A stretch of 64,000 bases of DNA from Candidatus Norongarragalinales archaeon (GTDB lineage: Archaea; Micrarchaeota; Micrarchaeia; Norongarragalinales; Norongarragalinaceae), in the NCBI GenBank assembly GCA_038884755.1, contig JAWABJ010000001.1, positions 96,001-160,000 on the forward strand, written 5' to 3'. This document shows positions 37,212 to 46,536 of this stretch, one piece after another. Positions within the stretch are counted from its first letter, which is position 1. Every line of letters starts with the position of its first letter. The notes under the pieces are model-generated. The model had not been told where the DNA came from and did no database searches. It saw nothing but the letters and a program-made list of their open reading frames with translations. Made by a program: the position numbers and the translations under genes.

Positions 37212-37256
37212 GCACAGCGTCGAGCTTTTTATTTTCTTTTTCTTAATGCTTTAGCC

Positions 37257-38156
37257 ATGGCTTCGATAGTGATAGGCTGTTCGCAGGGCAGGGTTTTGGG
37301 AAAGCTGCTTGCGAAAAGACTGAAAATCCCGTATTTCGACCTCTCTACTGAAAAGTTTCCGGACGGCGAAACGAGGATACGCTTTCGGCAAAAGCTTTCG
37401 GGAAAAAAAGTCTTGCTGGTGCAGTCGATGTACCCTTTTCCCAACGATTCGCTCGTGGAGCTTTTGCTTGCAACCGAAACAGCCCGGGAGTTGGGTGCGA
37501 AGCACGTTTTCGCCGTGGTTCCTTATTTTGCCTACGCCCGGCAGGACACGCGTTTTAACGACGGCGAGTGTGTGAGCAACAAAATCGTTGCGAGGATGGT
37601 TGAAGATGCCGGGGCGGACGCGTTCATTACCGTAGCAACGCACTTGCACCGAATTTCCTCGCTTCGCGATATTTTCACGCGCATCCATTCGCAAAACGTT
37701 CTGCTGGGAAAGGAAATTGCGGACTATGCAATTGCGCGCAAGCTCAAGCCTTCGCTCGTAGTTGGCCCGGACTGGGAGTCGAAGCCTTTGGTGAGGGAAG
37801 TGGCGTTGCGCTTGCACTGCCCTTCGTACGTTTTCCGGAAGCAGAGGCTCAGCGGAAGGAAAGTGAAAAGTTTTCTCACGCCAGGGTTGGATTGCAGGGG
37901 GAAACGCGTTTTGCTTGTCGACGACATCGCTTCAACCGGCAACACGCTGGTTTCGGTCGCGAAAATACTCAAAAAAAACGGCGCGAAGAGCGTGGATTGC
38001 GCGGTAGCGCATTTGCTTGACGAAAAGGGCGGGAAAAGCGTGTTGCGCAAGGGCGTTGATTCGCTCGCAAGCTCGAATTCGGTTTCAAGCGCGTTTTCTA
38101 AGATAGACTGTTCGCAGGCGCTGGCGCACGCCGTGGCGCGCACTGACAGGTTTTAA
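37257..38156 (+). CDS. prs: Ribose-phosphate pyrophosphokinase (copy 2, archaeal class III-like)
   Basis: FPDGE, PYFAYARQD.RF..GE, VGPD, VDDIASTG.T. Confidence 0.9.
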   Translation: MASIVIGCSQGRVLGKLLAKRLKIPYFDLSTEKFPDGETRIRFRQKLSGKKVLLVQSMYPFPNDSLVELLLATETARELGAKHVFAVVPYFAYARQDTRFNDGECVSNKIVARMVEDAGADAFITVATHLHRISSLRDIFTRIHSQNVLLGKEIADYAIARKLKPSLVVGPDWESKPLVREVALRLHCPSYVFRKQRLSGRKVKSFLTPGLDCRGKRVLLVDDIASTGNTLVSVAKILKKNGAKSVDCAVAHLLDEKGGKSVLRKGVDSLASSNSVSSAFSKIDCSQALAHAVARTDRF

Positions 38157-38205
38157 TTCGCAGCGGCGTTTATTTTTCTTGCAAATCGCTCTGCGGTGCG
38201 TAAGC

Positions 38206-38682
38206 ATGGTTGCAACATTCAAGGGAAAAATCGCGGGAAGGTTTTACGCGGAATTCTACTTTTACCTGGCGGTTTTCGTCGCGTCGCTGTATCTTGCTGT
38301 GCAGCCTGGCGGAAGCCCGTGGGTGGTGCTGCTTGCCGTGGTTTCGACCGTGTTTTTCCTTGAAATGCTTTTCCTCATGAACAAAAACCTTTTGAAGGCG
38401 GGAAAGGCGTTCGTGAAAGTGGACGCGCGTTCGATAACCGTTTCCGACGACGAGGGCGCGAAGACCATCGCGTGGAAGGACGTGGACGGGGTAATGATAG
38501 CGTGGTTCAGCAGGGACAAGTGGCTCGAGTGGGTTTTCGGCCTCGACCCTTCCATTCTCATTAAAACCAGGCGTGATTCGAAAGGCGAGGCGGAACTAGG
38601 AATCGCGCCGGACTTTTTCCGCACGCAGGAAATACTCGTTGAAATGCAGAAGCTTTATCCAAAGAAAGTCTATTTCGCTTGA
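38206..38682 (+). CDS. Membrane protein, 2 TM plus cytoplasmic PH-like domain
   Basis: Two TM helices then VD...I......I.W.DV pattern. Confidence 0.6.
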   Translation: MVATFKGKIAGRFYAEFYFYLAVFVASLYLAVQPGGSPWVVLLAVVSTVFFLEMLFLMNKNLLKAGKAFVKVDARSITVSDDEGAKTIAWKDVDGVMIAWFSRDKWLEWVFGLDPSILIKTRRDSKGEAELGIAPDFFRTQEILVEMQKLYPKKVYFA

Positions 38683-38707
38683 ACTTTGCAGAGAGGGGGA
38701 ATGGCGG

Positions 38708-39280
38708 TTGAAAAAAATAATTTTCGTCACCACCAACAAGGGCAAGGCGGACGAAGTGTGCAAGATAATGCGCGGCTTCAAGGTTTCAGTAAAAAGCTTG
38801 AGCTTGCGCGAAGATTACTCGCTGCCGCACGAAAAGCTTGTGACGGCGAAGGCGAGGCACGCGTTCGAACTGTTGGGGAAGCCGCTCGTGGTTGAAGACA
38901 CAATTTTGCTCGTAGACGGGTTCAAGGGCTACCCCGGACTGAAGACCAAGGACGAGTACCAACGCTTGGGGCTTGAGGGTTTCTTGAAAAAATGCGGTGG
39001 ACGGAATGCCGTTTTCCGCACTTTAGCCGCGTTTTTCGACGGGCGTGCCGTGAAGTTGTTCGAAGGAAATTGCGAAGGCAGAATTTCGAAAGCACCGGGC
39101 GTGGTCCGCGCCGGCGTGAACCCCCACTTGCCTTTCCTGAGGGTTTTTATTCCCGACGGGTTTGAAGTGCCGGTTTCAGAGTTTTCGAAGAAAAATTTCG
39201 AAAAGTTCATGTTCGAGAGAAACCATCGTGCGAAAGCGTTCAAAAAACTTGCAAAATGGCTTTCGGCTAAACTCCATTGA
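38708..39280 (+). CDS. Non-canonical purine NTP pyrophosphatase (HAM1/RdgB family)
   Basis: FVTTN.GK..E, VED..L...GYPG, F.G.C.G.I, NHR.KAF. Confidence 0.9.
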   Translation: MKKIIFVTTNKGKADEVCKIMRGFKVSVKSLSLREDYSLPHEKLVTAKARHAFELLGKPLVVEDTILLVDGFKGYPGLKTKDEYQRLGLEGFLKKCGGRNAVFRTLAAFFDGRAVKLFEGNCEGRISKAPGVVRAGVNPHLPFLRVFIPDGFEVPVSEFSKKNFEKFMFERNHRAKAFKKLAKWLSAKLH

Positions 39281-39713
39281 CCTCTTCGGAAAGGTTTTTG
39301 GCGAACTGGTGGACGTTCGGGACTACTTTCCTGCCGTCTCTCGACATGCTTTCGTGCTGGGTGTTTGAAAGCACTATCCGGTGTTTTATTCTTGCTTTAG
39401 TCAAGGCTTTGACGATTGCCGGCAGTTTTTCGTGGAAGCCGTAAATTATGACGTTCGAATCGCCAGCCAGCCGTATGATGTTTTGAATGTCCCTGTCCGA
39501 AGCCGATTCCCTCCATTCGAACTTTTCAATGCCCCTGGGAAAGTGCCTTCTGTCGGCACTCGCATAGTGCCTTTCAAGCTCTTTCGCAAAGTGTTCCCCG
39601 TTGGGCGTTGAGAGTTTGGTCAGGTCTACAATCAGGCACCGTTTTTCCTTCAAACGGTGCAAGGTGTTCTTGCCGAAGAGAGATATTTCCACGGTATGAG
39701 GAAGTTCTTTCAC
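39267..39713 (-). CDS. Hypothetical protein (start uncertain)
   Basis: Open frame; GTG at 39713 chosen to avoid overlap with Pop5-like gene. Confidence 0.5.
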   Translation of the reverse strand: MKELPHTVEISLFGKNTLHRLKEKRCLIVDLTKLSTPNGEHFAKELERHYASADRRHFPRGIEKFEWRESASDRDIQNIIRLAGDSNVIIYGFHEKLPAIVKALTKARIKHRIVLSNTQHESMSRDGRKVVPNVHQFAKNLSEEVNGV

Positions 39714-39770
39714 CCAATCACTCGAATTAAATTGCCTGAAACCGTTAATAAGATTATTGAGGGTTTGGGC

Positions 39771-40034
39771 ATGCGTTTCAAAAAGCGGTTTGTTTTTGTT
39801 CGCATCAAGGGAGGGCTTTCGCTTGCCCAGGCGCGCAGGCTTTTCGGTCCGCCGCTCAAGCACTTTGACGAAAGTAGGCAAGAGGCGGTTTTGAAGTGCA
39901 AGCCGGGGGAGCTTGCGGAAGTGAAAAAGGCTTTTTCGAAAGCGGTTGTTTTCGAGGGAAACAAGGTTGTGCTGCGGGTTCGCCGGGTTTCCGCCTCGTT
40001 CTCGCTCCGCGCTTACGCCAAGGAAACGGTTTAA
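39771..40034 (+). CDS. RNase P protein Pop5/Rpp14-like (reduced)
   Basis: MRFKKRFVFV...AVLKC...V..A...RV..VS.S pattern; canonical position upstream of psmA. Confidence 0.65.
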   Translation: MRFKKRFVFVRIKGGLSLAQARRLFGPPLKHFDESRQEAVLKCKPGELAEVKKAFSKAVVFEGNKVVLRVRRVSASFSLRAYAKETV

Positions 40035-40192
40035 AAGCGCTTTTAGCCATAAGTATTTTGTAAAGGGAAAAACGAAAACGAGTTTTTGAGGCCTGCGTGC
40101 TTCACTCTTTTTCAGGTGGTTTTTTTAGGCTTTCACGCCTAATGAGTTGAGAGCAATTTGAAAAAAGGCAATAGTTTAGAGGTGGTTTGATT

Positions 40193-40903
40193 ATGTATCC
40201 TCCTAGCCAGTCTGCTTACGACCGCGCGATTACGGTGTTTTCGCCGGATGGAAGGCTGTTTCAAGTGGAGTACGCCCGCGAGGCCGTGAAAACGGGTGCT
40301 ACGAGCATAGGGATGGTATGCAAGGACGCCGTCATTCTCGTCGCGCAAAAAAGGCTTTCGTCTTCGCTTGTAGTGGGAGGAAGCCACGAGAAGATATTCC
40401 AGATTGACTCGCACATTGCCGCCGCTTCTTCGGGCTTGGTGGCAGATGCGCGCAAGCTCGTGGACATGTCGCGCTTGGAAGCGCAGAAGCACAGGCTTAC
40501 CTACGACGAGGCGATTAGCGTCGAAATGCTTTCCAAGAAAATCGGCGACCACATTCAGGCTTACACCCAGTACGGTGGGGTGAGGCCTTACGGCGTTTCG
40601 CTTTTGATTGCTGGCGTTGACGGGACCATGCGGCTGTTTGAAACAGACCCCAGCGGGGCGCTCTTCGAGTACAAGGCGACGGCGATTGGAAGCGGAAAGA
40701 AGGCGGTAGAGGAAATGTTCGAGAAAGAGTACAACGAGCAAATGGGTTTGGACGAGGGGCTGAAGCTTTGCGTCAAGGCGCTCAAGAAAGTGTCGGACGG
40801 AAAGCTTGCGGCGGACGTTGTCGACGTTGCAATCATACGCAAGTCTTCGCAGAAGGTGGAGTTTTTGCAGCAGGACAAGGTGGCTGCCCTCCTGAAAGCG
40901 TGA
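40193..40903 (+). CDS. psmA: Proteasome alpha subunit
   Basis: YDRAITVFSPDGRLFQVEYA, RPYGVSLL, TDPSG. Confidence 0.98.
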   Translation: MYPPSQSAYDRAITVFSPDGRLFQVEYAREAVKTGATSIGMVCKDAVILVAQKRLSSSLVVGGSHEKIFQIDSHIAAASSGLVADARKLVDMSRLEAQKHRLTYDEAISVEMLSKKIGDHIQAYTQYGGVRPYGVSLLIAGVDGTMRLFETDPSGALFEYKATAIGSGKKAVEEMFEKEYNEQMGLDEGLKLCVKALKKVSDGKLAADVVDVAIIRKSSQKVEFLQQDKVAALLKA

Positions 40904-40918
40904 GGGGGAGAACGCTCG

Positions 40919-41611
40919 ATGGCCGGAATTGAAAACACGATTATCGCGCGCTTGGAGAAAGGCGGGGAGAAGTTCGAGATTCTCGTCGACCCCAAGCTCG
41001 GTTATGATTTCAAGACTGGCGTGCGCAAGGACTTGGCTAACGTGCTGATGGCCGAAGAGGTTTTCAAGGACGCGAACAAGGGCGAAAGGCAAACCGCGAC
41101 TGCTTTGAAAAAAGCGTTCGGCACCGAAAACATCCAGGACATAGCGAAAATAATTTTCAAAGAAGGCGAATTGCAGCTTACCACCGACCAACGGCGCAAG
41201 CTGTTGGAGGAAAAAAAGGCGAAAGTCATCGCTCTGATAGCGCGCAATGCGATAGACCCGCGCGCCAAAACCCCTATTCCGTCTCAGCGCATTGAAAATG
41301 CGCTGGAACAGGCGAGGTTCGGGTTCGACGCGTTCAAAAACGCTGAGGAACAGATGATGGACGCGGTGGAAGCAATACGCGAGATAATCCCCATTTCCAT
41401 AGAAAAAATCAAGATTGCGGTCAAGATTCCCGCGGAGCACTCGGCAAGGGCGTACGGCGCGCTGAAGGAGTACGGCTTGCAGAAGGAAGAGTGGACTTCG
41501 CAAGGGGACTTGGTTTGCGTGTGCGAAATTCCCGCCGGAATGCAGGGGGAGTTTTACGACAGGCTGAACAAGCTGACTGCAGGGACCGTGCAGACGAAGC
41601 AGATGAATTGA
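40919..41611 (+). CDS. Ribosome maturation protein SBDS/SDO1
   Basis: FEILVDP, GELQLT..QR, DPR...P.P..RIE.A; synteny. Confidence 0.96.
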   Translation: MAGIENTIIARLEKGGEKFEILVDPKLGYDFKTGVRKDLANVLMAEEVFKDANKGERQTATALKKAFGTENIQDIAKIIFKEGELQLTTDQRRKLLEEKKAKVIALIARNAIDPRAKTPIPSQRIENALEQARFGFDAFKNAEEQMMDAVEAIREIIPISIEKIKIAVKIPAEHSARAYGALKEYGLQKEEWTSQGDLVCVCEIPAGMQGEFYDRLNKLTAGTVQTKQMN

Positions 41612-41635
41612 TTTTGAAAAAAAGGGTGTGTTGTT

Positions 41636-42235
41636 TTGAAGAATTTGGTTGTGCCGGGAGAAATCGTTTCGGAAAATGCGTACCGGGGAGAGGGTGTTTT
41701 CGTGGAAAACGGAAAAACCTTTTCAGCGGTTATGGGCGTGGTTGAAAGCGAAAGGCTCATCCCCCTGAAAGGCCCGTACTTTCCCAAGCGCGGGGATTAC
41801 GTGATAGGAATAGTGAAGGAAGAAGGTTTTTACGGCTGGATGGCAGATTTGCATAGCCCGTTCGAAGGAAAAATCTCGGCGAGAGAAACCCGCGAGAAAT
41901 TCCGCATAGGCGACGTGGTTTCCGCGAAGATTTTTGACGTGGACGAAGTGGGCGAGGCCCTGCTGTCTGAAGCAAGGCGACTTTGGGGTGGCGAGGTTTT
42001 GGAAGTCGAGCCCACGAAGATTCCGCGCGTAATCGGAAAGAACGGCTCGATGATTTCCTTGATAAAACAGCATTCCAACTGCGACGCGTTCGTAGGGCAG
42101 AACGGAAGGATTTACCTGAAAGGGGGAAACACGGCGTTGGCGGTAATGGCGATTTTGAAGATCTGCCGCGAAGCCCACGTTTCGGGCTTGACCGACAGGA
42201 TTTCCGCGTTCCTCGCGAAAGGCGGGAAGGAGTAG
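41636..42235 (+). CDS. rrp4: Exosome subunit Rrp4
   Basis: VVPGE, Y.P..GD.VIG S1 domain, PRVIGKNGSMI KH domain, GQNGRI. Confidence 0.95.
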   Translation: MKNLVVPGEIVSENAYRGEGVFVENGKTFSAVMGVVESERLIPLKGPYFPKRGDYVIGIVKEEGFYGWMADLHSPFEGKISARETREKFRIGDVVSAKIFDVDEVGEALLSEARRLWGGEVLEVEPTKIPRVIGKNGSMISLIKQHSNCDAFVGQNGRIYLKGGNTALAVMAILKICREAHVSGLTDRISAFLAKGGKE

Positions 42236-42271
42236 TTTGCTTTTTAACTGTAAAAATTGGTGAAAGAAAAC

Positions 42272-43045
42272 ATGGGCAAGGTTTTGACTGAAGCGGATTT
42301 GATAAAGAACGGAAAGCGCAACGACGGCAGGGGTTTTGAGGACTTGCGTCCCATAACCATCAAGGCCGGAGTGCTTAAGCAAGCGACGGGCAGCGCTTTC
42401 GTTGAGTGGGGTAGGAACAAGGTGTACGCGGCCGTTTACGGGCCGCACGAGGTTTTTCCCAAGCACATGACCGACAATTACAAGGCTTTGATAAACGCGC
42501 GCTACATCATGGCGCCGTTCTCCGGGCTGGAAGAGCATAGCCGCAGCGGGCCCAACAGGAGGAGCATTGAAATCTCGAAAGTGGCGAAGCACGTTTTCGA
42601 AAACGTCGTTTTAACCAACCTTTTCCCGAAAACCATGATAGACTTGCATATGGAAGTGATGCAGAGCGACGGCGGCACGCGCGTGGCTTCAATAACCGCG
42701 GCCAGCGTAGCGCTGGCTGACGCGGGGATTCCCATGCGCGATTTGGTTTGCGGGGTTAGCGTGGGAAAGGTTGCAGGCGAGTTGCTCGTGGATTTGGACA
42801 AGTATGAAGATAATCTAGGTGGGAGTGACGTGCCCATGATTTTCGCGCCGAGAAACGGCGAACTGCTTTTGTACCAGATGGACGGCTTGCTTTCCAAGGA
42901 CGAGATAGGCCGGGCTGTCGACATGGGCTTGAACGCGTGCAAGAAAATCCGCATTCTGCAGGAAGAAGCTTTGAAGGAAAAGTACGCTGAAGTTTTCGAA
43001 CAAATCAAAGGTGGAGCAAATGGCAATAATCAAGGAAGTTACTGA
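42272..43045 (+). CDS. rrp41: Exosome subunit Rrp41
   Basis: R.DGR....LRP, GSA.VEWG, RRSIEIS, QSDGGTR. Confidence 0.96.
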   Translation: MGKVLTEADLIKNGKRNDGRGFEDLRPITIKAGVLKQATGSAFVEWGRNKVYAAVYGPHEVFPKHMTDNYKALINARYIMAPFSGLEEHSRSGPNRRSIEISKVAKHVFENVVLTNLFPKTMIDLHMEVMQSDGGTRVASITAASVALADAGIPMRDLVCGVSVGKVAGELLVDLDKYEDNLGGSDVPMIFAPRNGELLLYQMDGLLSKDEIGRAVDMGLNACKKIRILQEEALKEKYAEVFEQIKGGANGNNQGSY

Positions 43046-43805
43046 AGCTTTCATCAAGGACTTGGTGAAGAACGGAAAGCGCCAAGACGGGAGGGATTTC
43101 CTTTCCTACCGTGACGTGCGCGTGGAAAAAGGCGTAATAGAGAACGACGAAGGTTCCGCACTGGCTCAAATCGGAGAAACCAAAGTGCTTTGCGGAATCA
43201 AGTTCGACTTGATGGAACCTTTTCCCGACAGGCCGGACGATGCTGTCGTAATGGTTGGCGCCGAGTTTTCGCCCATGGCGCACCCCGACTTTGAGCCGGG
43301 CCCGCCCAGGGAAGACAGCATAGAGCTCGCGCGCGTTGTTGACCGCGCCATTCGCAGCGCAGATTGCATCGACTCTTCCACGCTTCCGCGCACTGAAGAG
43401 AAGGTCACGGCGATTTTCATTGACCTGCACATACTCGACAACTGCGGTAACTTGATTGACGCCGCTTCGCTTGCTGCGATGGCCGCGCTGAAAAGCACGC
43501 AGGTTCCAAAAATCGACAAGGAAACCGAAAGGCTGGTTCGCGAGGACTTTATCGGGCCCTTGCCTTTGAAGCGAAGCGCTTTGGTCTGCTCTTTCGAGAA
43601 AATCGCGGGGAGGACGGTCGTGGACGCTAACGAAGAAGAGGAAATGGCGAGCGACGGGAGAATGAGCATTGGCGTGACTGACGACGGTTTCGTGTGCTGC
43701 GGCCAAAAGTCTGGAGCTGCAGGCTTTTCGAAGCAAGAGCTGCTTGACTTGATAGACCTTTCGTTGGAGAAATCCCAGTATTTGTTCAAAGCGATTGAAG
43801 GGTGA
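43020..43805 (+). CDS. rrp42: Exosome subunit Rrp42
   Basis: R.DGR, PFPD.P, FEPGPP, ELARVVDR.IR, GNL.DA. Confidence 0.96.
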   Translation: MAIIKEVTEAFIKDLVKNGKRQDGRDFLSYRDVRVEKGVIENDEGSALAQIGETKVLCGIKFDLMEPFPDRPDDAVVMVGAEFSPMAHPDFEPGPPREDSIELARVVDRAIRSADCIDSSTLPRTEEKVTAIFIDLHILDNCGNLIDAASLAAMAALKSTQVPKIDKETERLVREDFIGPLPLKRSALVCSFEKIAGRTVVDANEEEEMASDGRMSIGVTDDGFVCCGQKSGAAGFSKQELLDLIDLSLEKSQYLFKAIEG

Positions 43806-43812
43806 TGTTGCA

Positions 43813-44028
43813 GTGTCGGTCCGTTATGGCGTTAAACTCAGGAAAAAGCACGAGGAAATAAGGAAAAAGCAGAACCTGCTTTACGCCTGCCCCAAGTGCG
43901 GCAAAAAGCGAGTCAAGCGAATAGACTTTGCCCAGTGGCGCTGCAAATCCTGCGGAGTAGTCTTTGCCGGCGGCGCTTTCGAGCCTTTCACGAGCGTGGG
44001 CGCGTCTGCGGCCAAAGCTTCCGAGTGA
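43813..44028 (+). CDS. rpl37ae: 50S ribosomal protein L37ae
   Basis: RYG..LRK, CPKCG..VKR...W.C.SC...FAGGAF.P; GTG start after SD GGTGA. Confidence 0.93.
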   Translation: MSVRYGVKLRKKHEEIRKKQNLLYACPKCGKKRVKRIDFAQWRCKSCGVVFAGGAFEPFTSVGASAAKASE

Positions 44029-44044
44029 AAAGGGGTAATGGGCG

Positions 44045-44899
44045 TTGGCGGAATTCCTGTTATTTTCTGCCTCGTTTCCCGACGCGAAATTCGAGGAAAA
44101 GCTCGAGGACTTGAAGCGCGACAAGGTTTTTTCTTTCGTGAAAAACGCGCGAAGCGTATGCTGGGTCAAGATGTTCGACTACGCTCCCGTCGACAAGGGC
44201 GGGATAGAAAAAATCGCTTTTTCTTACTACGGAAAGCCCAAGAGCGTAAGCGAAATAGCCTCGATTCTTTCTTCGATAAAACCCGGCGTGCTGGAAGGGC
44301 AGTTGCGCCAATTCGTCAAAGCAAAGCCGGCGGAAAGCGTGGATTTGGAGAATGTGAAGAAAGCGAAAGGCGATGCTGTGGACTTCGCTTTCGCGTATTT
44401 CTTTTTTTGCTTGTGGAAAAGCGTTTTTCCGGAAAGCGTTTCTTTTGCCGGCAAAGGCAACCCTTCGGCGAAGGAAGTGCGCTTTGCGGCGCATACGGCA
44501 GATTGGACTGCAGTCAAGAAAGTGGACTTGGGCAAGGCGGAAGACAAGGAAGTGTTGTTCGCGTTGGCAGGAGTTTTTAACACTCTAAACCGCAAACTGC
44601 CTAAGCATGCCGCGGACGATGCGGAGGGATTCGAGAGTTTCGTTTCTTCCTTCCTCAATTCCTTTCCGCTGCGAAAGAGTTTTGCCAAGCTGCCGGTTTT
44701 GCTCAATGAAGCTTTGAAGAACGAAGAGAAAATACCTCAATTCGGCTCTAGCCCCTCACTTAAAGAATTGTTTTTCCTGCGTTGTTTCGAACATGCGGGT
44801 TTTCCGCCTTTCGTTTCGCTCGATGCGATTGCAGGAGTTTATCCAGAGCTGAAAATTCCCAAGCCGCGGGGCAATTTCGGCGGCGGGAAAAAAAAATGA
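44045..44899 (+). CDS. DUF2666-like protein, apparently with duplicated domain
   Basis: F.A...DW..VKK.......EV...LA....T.NRK and C-terminal YPELKIPKPRG. Confidence 0.6.
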   Translation: MAEFLLFSASFPDAKFEEKLEDLKRDKVFSFVKNARSVCWVKMFDYAPVDKGGIEKIAFSYYGKPKSVSEIASILSSIKPGVLEGQLRQFVKAKPAESVDLENVKKAKGDAVDFAFAYFFFCLWKSVFPESVSFAGKGNPSAKEVRFAAHTADWTAVKKVDLGKAEDKEVLFALAGVFNTLNRKLPKHAADDAEGFESFVSSFLNSFPLRKSFAKLPVLLNEALKNEEKIPQFGSSPSLKELFFLRCFEHAGFPPFVSLDAIAGVYPELKIPKPRGNFGGGKKK

Positions 44900-44978
44900 T
44901 TTTCTGCTTTACACGAGTCTGGACGTTCTATTTTTATCCAAGAGTAGTGCAGAATTAATGCATAAGAAAAGCAGTTTT

Positions 44979-45051
44979 GGGGGATTGGGGTAGCCTGGCA
45001 TCCTGCGAGCTTCGGGAGTTCGCGACCTGAGTTCGAATCTCAGATCCCCCA
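44979..45051 (+). tRNA. tRNA-Pro(CGG), no intron, CCA not encoded
   Basis: Acceptor GGGGGAT/ATCCCCC, anticodon loop TTCGGGA, T-arm CTGAG-TTCGAAT-CTCAG. Confidence 0.95.
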
Positions 45052-45061
45052 TCAAACGCAA

Positions 45062-46498
45062 TCACATTTTTTCGATGTCTTGGAGCGAGACTTTCGGCGA
45101 AGGGGTTTTCGCGGGAAGGCCGTAGGAAGGAGGCTGACGTTTTTTGTACAAGTAGTACGCTCCTCCCGCGATGGCCAAAACCACGAGAAGCAACACGCCG
45201 ATTGTCACGAAGTCGATTTCGTTTTCCCGAGGCTGGAGGTTTTGCACGTTGGCCGCTATTACCGTGGCGTTTTGCCCTATTCCCGCCATGTCGACAATTT
45301 CGATGTTGCCGTTGCCCAACGCGCTTTCGCCTTCGCGCAAGGCGATTTTCACGTTTTGCAGTTGCGTGTTGTAGTCGGCAATTCTCCCGTCGGTCGGCCC
45401 GAAGCGCTGGGAAGCGTTTTGAATCGCTTGCTCGGCGTTTTGGATTGAAACCCTGGCGTCAAGGTATTGGGTGAGTGCGGTTTTGTACCTCTCGACTTTT
45501 TGAGCGAGGGCTTGCGACTGGTTTTCGAACTCGGGCCTTCCCACAGCGTTGCGCAGGTTCTCAGCCTCGGTCTTCAACTTTTTCAAATCAATCCCGTACG
45601 CGCTGAAGTTTCGGGCCAGGGCGTCGGCTTGGCTCGCCAAATCGCCGGCAGTCGCGCTCGCACCTGTTTTAATCTTGTTTTGCCTCGCTTCTTGCGCCCG
45701 TTCTTTCGTCCTGTTTTTCACGGTTTCCTTCAACGCAGAAGGAGAGTCAAACTTGCTGGGCCCCACTAAAGCGAGGACAGCGTCTATTTTCGCGGTGACG
45801 TTGGCGTCGGAATCGCACTTGCTGTCCACGCCTTTCACCCTGTACGCGTAAGGGTTGCTGCTAGTCGCATTCAAGTACGCTTCGTAGAATTCTGGATACT
45901 GCGCTTTTACTGGCGCAAAGCTTTCTCGAATGACTTTTGCAGAAGAGAGAGCTTTTTCCTCGTCGCTTCCCGAAGATTCCAGCGCGTCAACCCCCTGCTT
46001 CACTATATTCCAGTCTTTTTCGAAAGCCGCGCTGTTGTTGTGGATGAACCAAATCGCCCCCCACTCCTTTGGAAAGTGGAATCGGTCGTAGCGGACGTTG
46101 AACTTGACGTAAACCCCGCCGCGGGTGAGGTTGAAAGAAAACCACTTCGAGCCGGTCAGGCACTTGTCTATCGCGTCCCTCGTAGAGTTGAACTCGGAAA
46201 CGACTTGCGGGATTATTTCCTGCAGGTCTTCGAAAGCCTGTTCCGAATAAGCGTCCATGGCCTTTTCTATTTCGCTGGGATTCTGCAAAACGAGAAATTC
46301 TTCCCCGCTTTTCTTCAAAACCGCGGTTTCCACGCCGTTGACTAAAACCATGTAGTGCCCGTCGAACTCTACCGCCGAAGCTTGTTCGCCCTCGCGGGCA
46401 AAGAAAGACGCTTCCTCTTCGACCGTAAACGCGAAAGCGCTTGCCGCCAAAGCCAGAAGCGCCAGAAGCGGAAAAGCGTTCTTTGGGGTTGAAACCAT
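45062..46498 (-). CDS. Secreted, C-terminally anchored helical/coiled-coil surface protein
   Basis: Signal peptide (ASA-FA), Ala/Gln/Asn-rich helical region, many N-x-S/T, C-terminal TM followed by KKR. Confidence 0.8.
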   Translation of the reverse strand: MVSTPKNAFPLLALLALAASAFAFTVEEEASFFAREGEQASAVEFDGHYMVLVNGVETAVLKKSGEEFLVLQNPSEIEKAMDAYSEQAFEDLQEIIPQVVSEFNSTRDAIDKCLTGSKWFSFNLTRGGVYVKFNVRYDRFHFPKEWGAIWFIHNNSAAFEKDWNIVKQGVDALESSGSDEEKALSSAKVIRESFAPVKAQYPEFYEAYLNATSSNPYAYRVKGVDSKCDSDANVTAKIDAVLALVGPSKFDSPSALKETVKNRTKERAQEARQNKIKTGASATAGDLASQADALARNFSAYGIDLKKLKTEAENLRNAVGRPEFENQSQALAQKVERYKTALTQYLDARVSIQNAEQAIQNASQRFGPTDGRIADYNTQLQNVKIALREGESALGNGNIEIVDMAGIGQNATVIAANVQNLQPRENEIDFVTIGVLLLVVLAIAGGAYYLYKKRQPPSYGLPAKTPSPKVSLQDIEKM

Positions 46499-46536
46499 GA
46501 AATTTTAAAGCATAAAAACCATTTAAATGCTGTTGT

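Noticed and set aside
39710..39964. Minus-strand 84-aa ORF as KEOPS Pcc1
   Set aside because: No convincing motif; the plus-strand Pop5-like frame fits sequence and synteny better
40139..41503. 454-aa minus-strand ORF, and similar long antisense ORFs (23059-24384, 54216-55400, 57071-58177, 62637-63944)
   Set aside because: Shadows of well-supported genes on the opposite strand; no motifs; expected with biased codon usage
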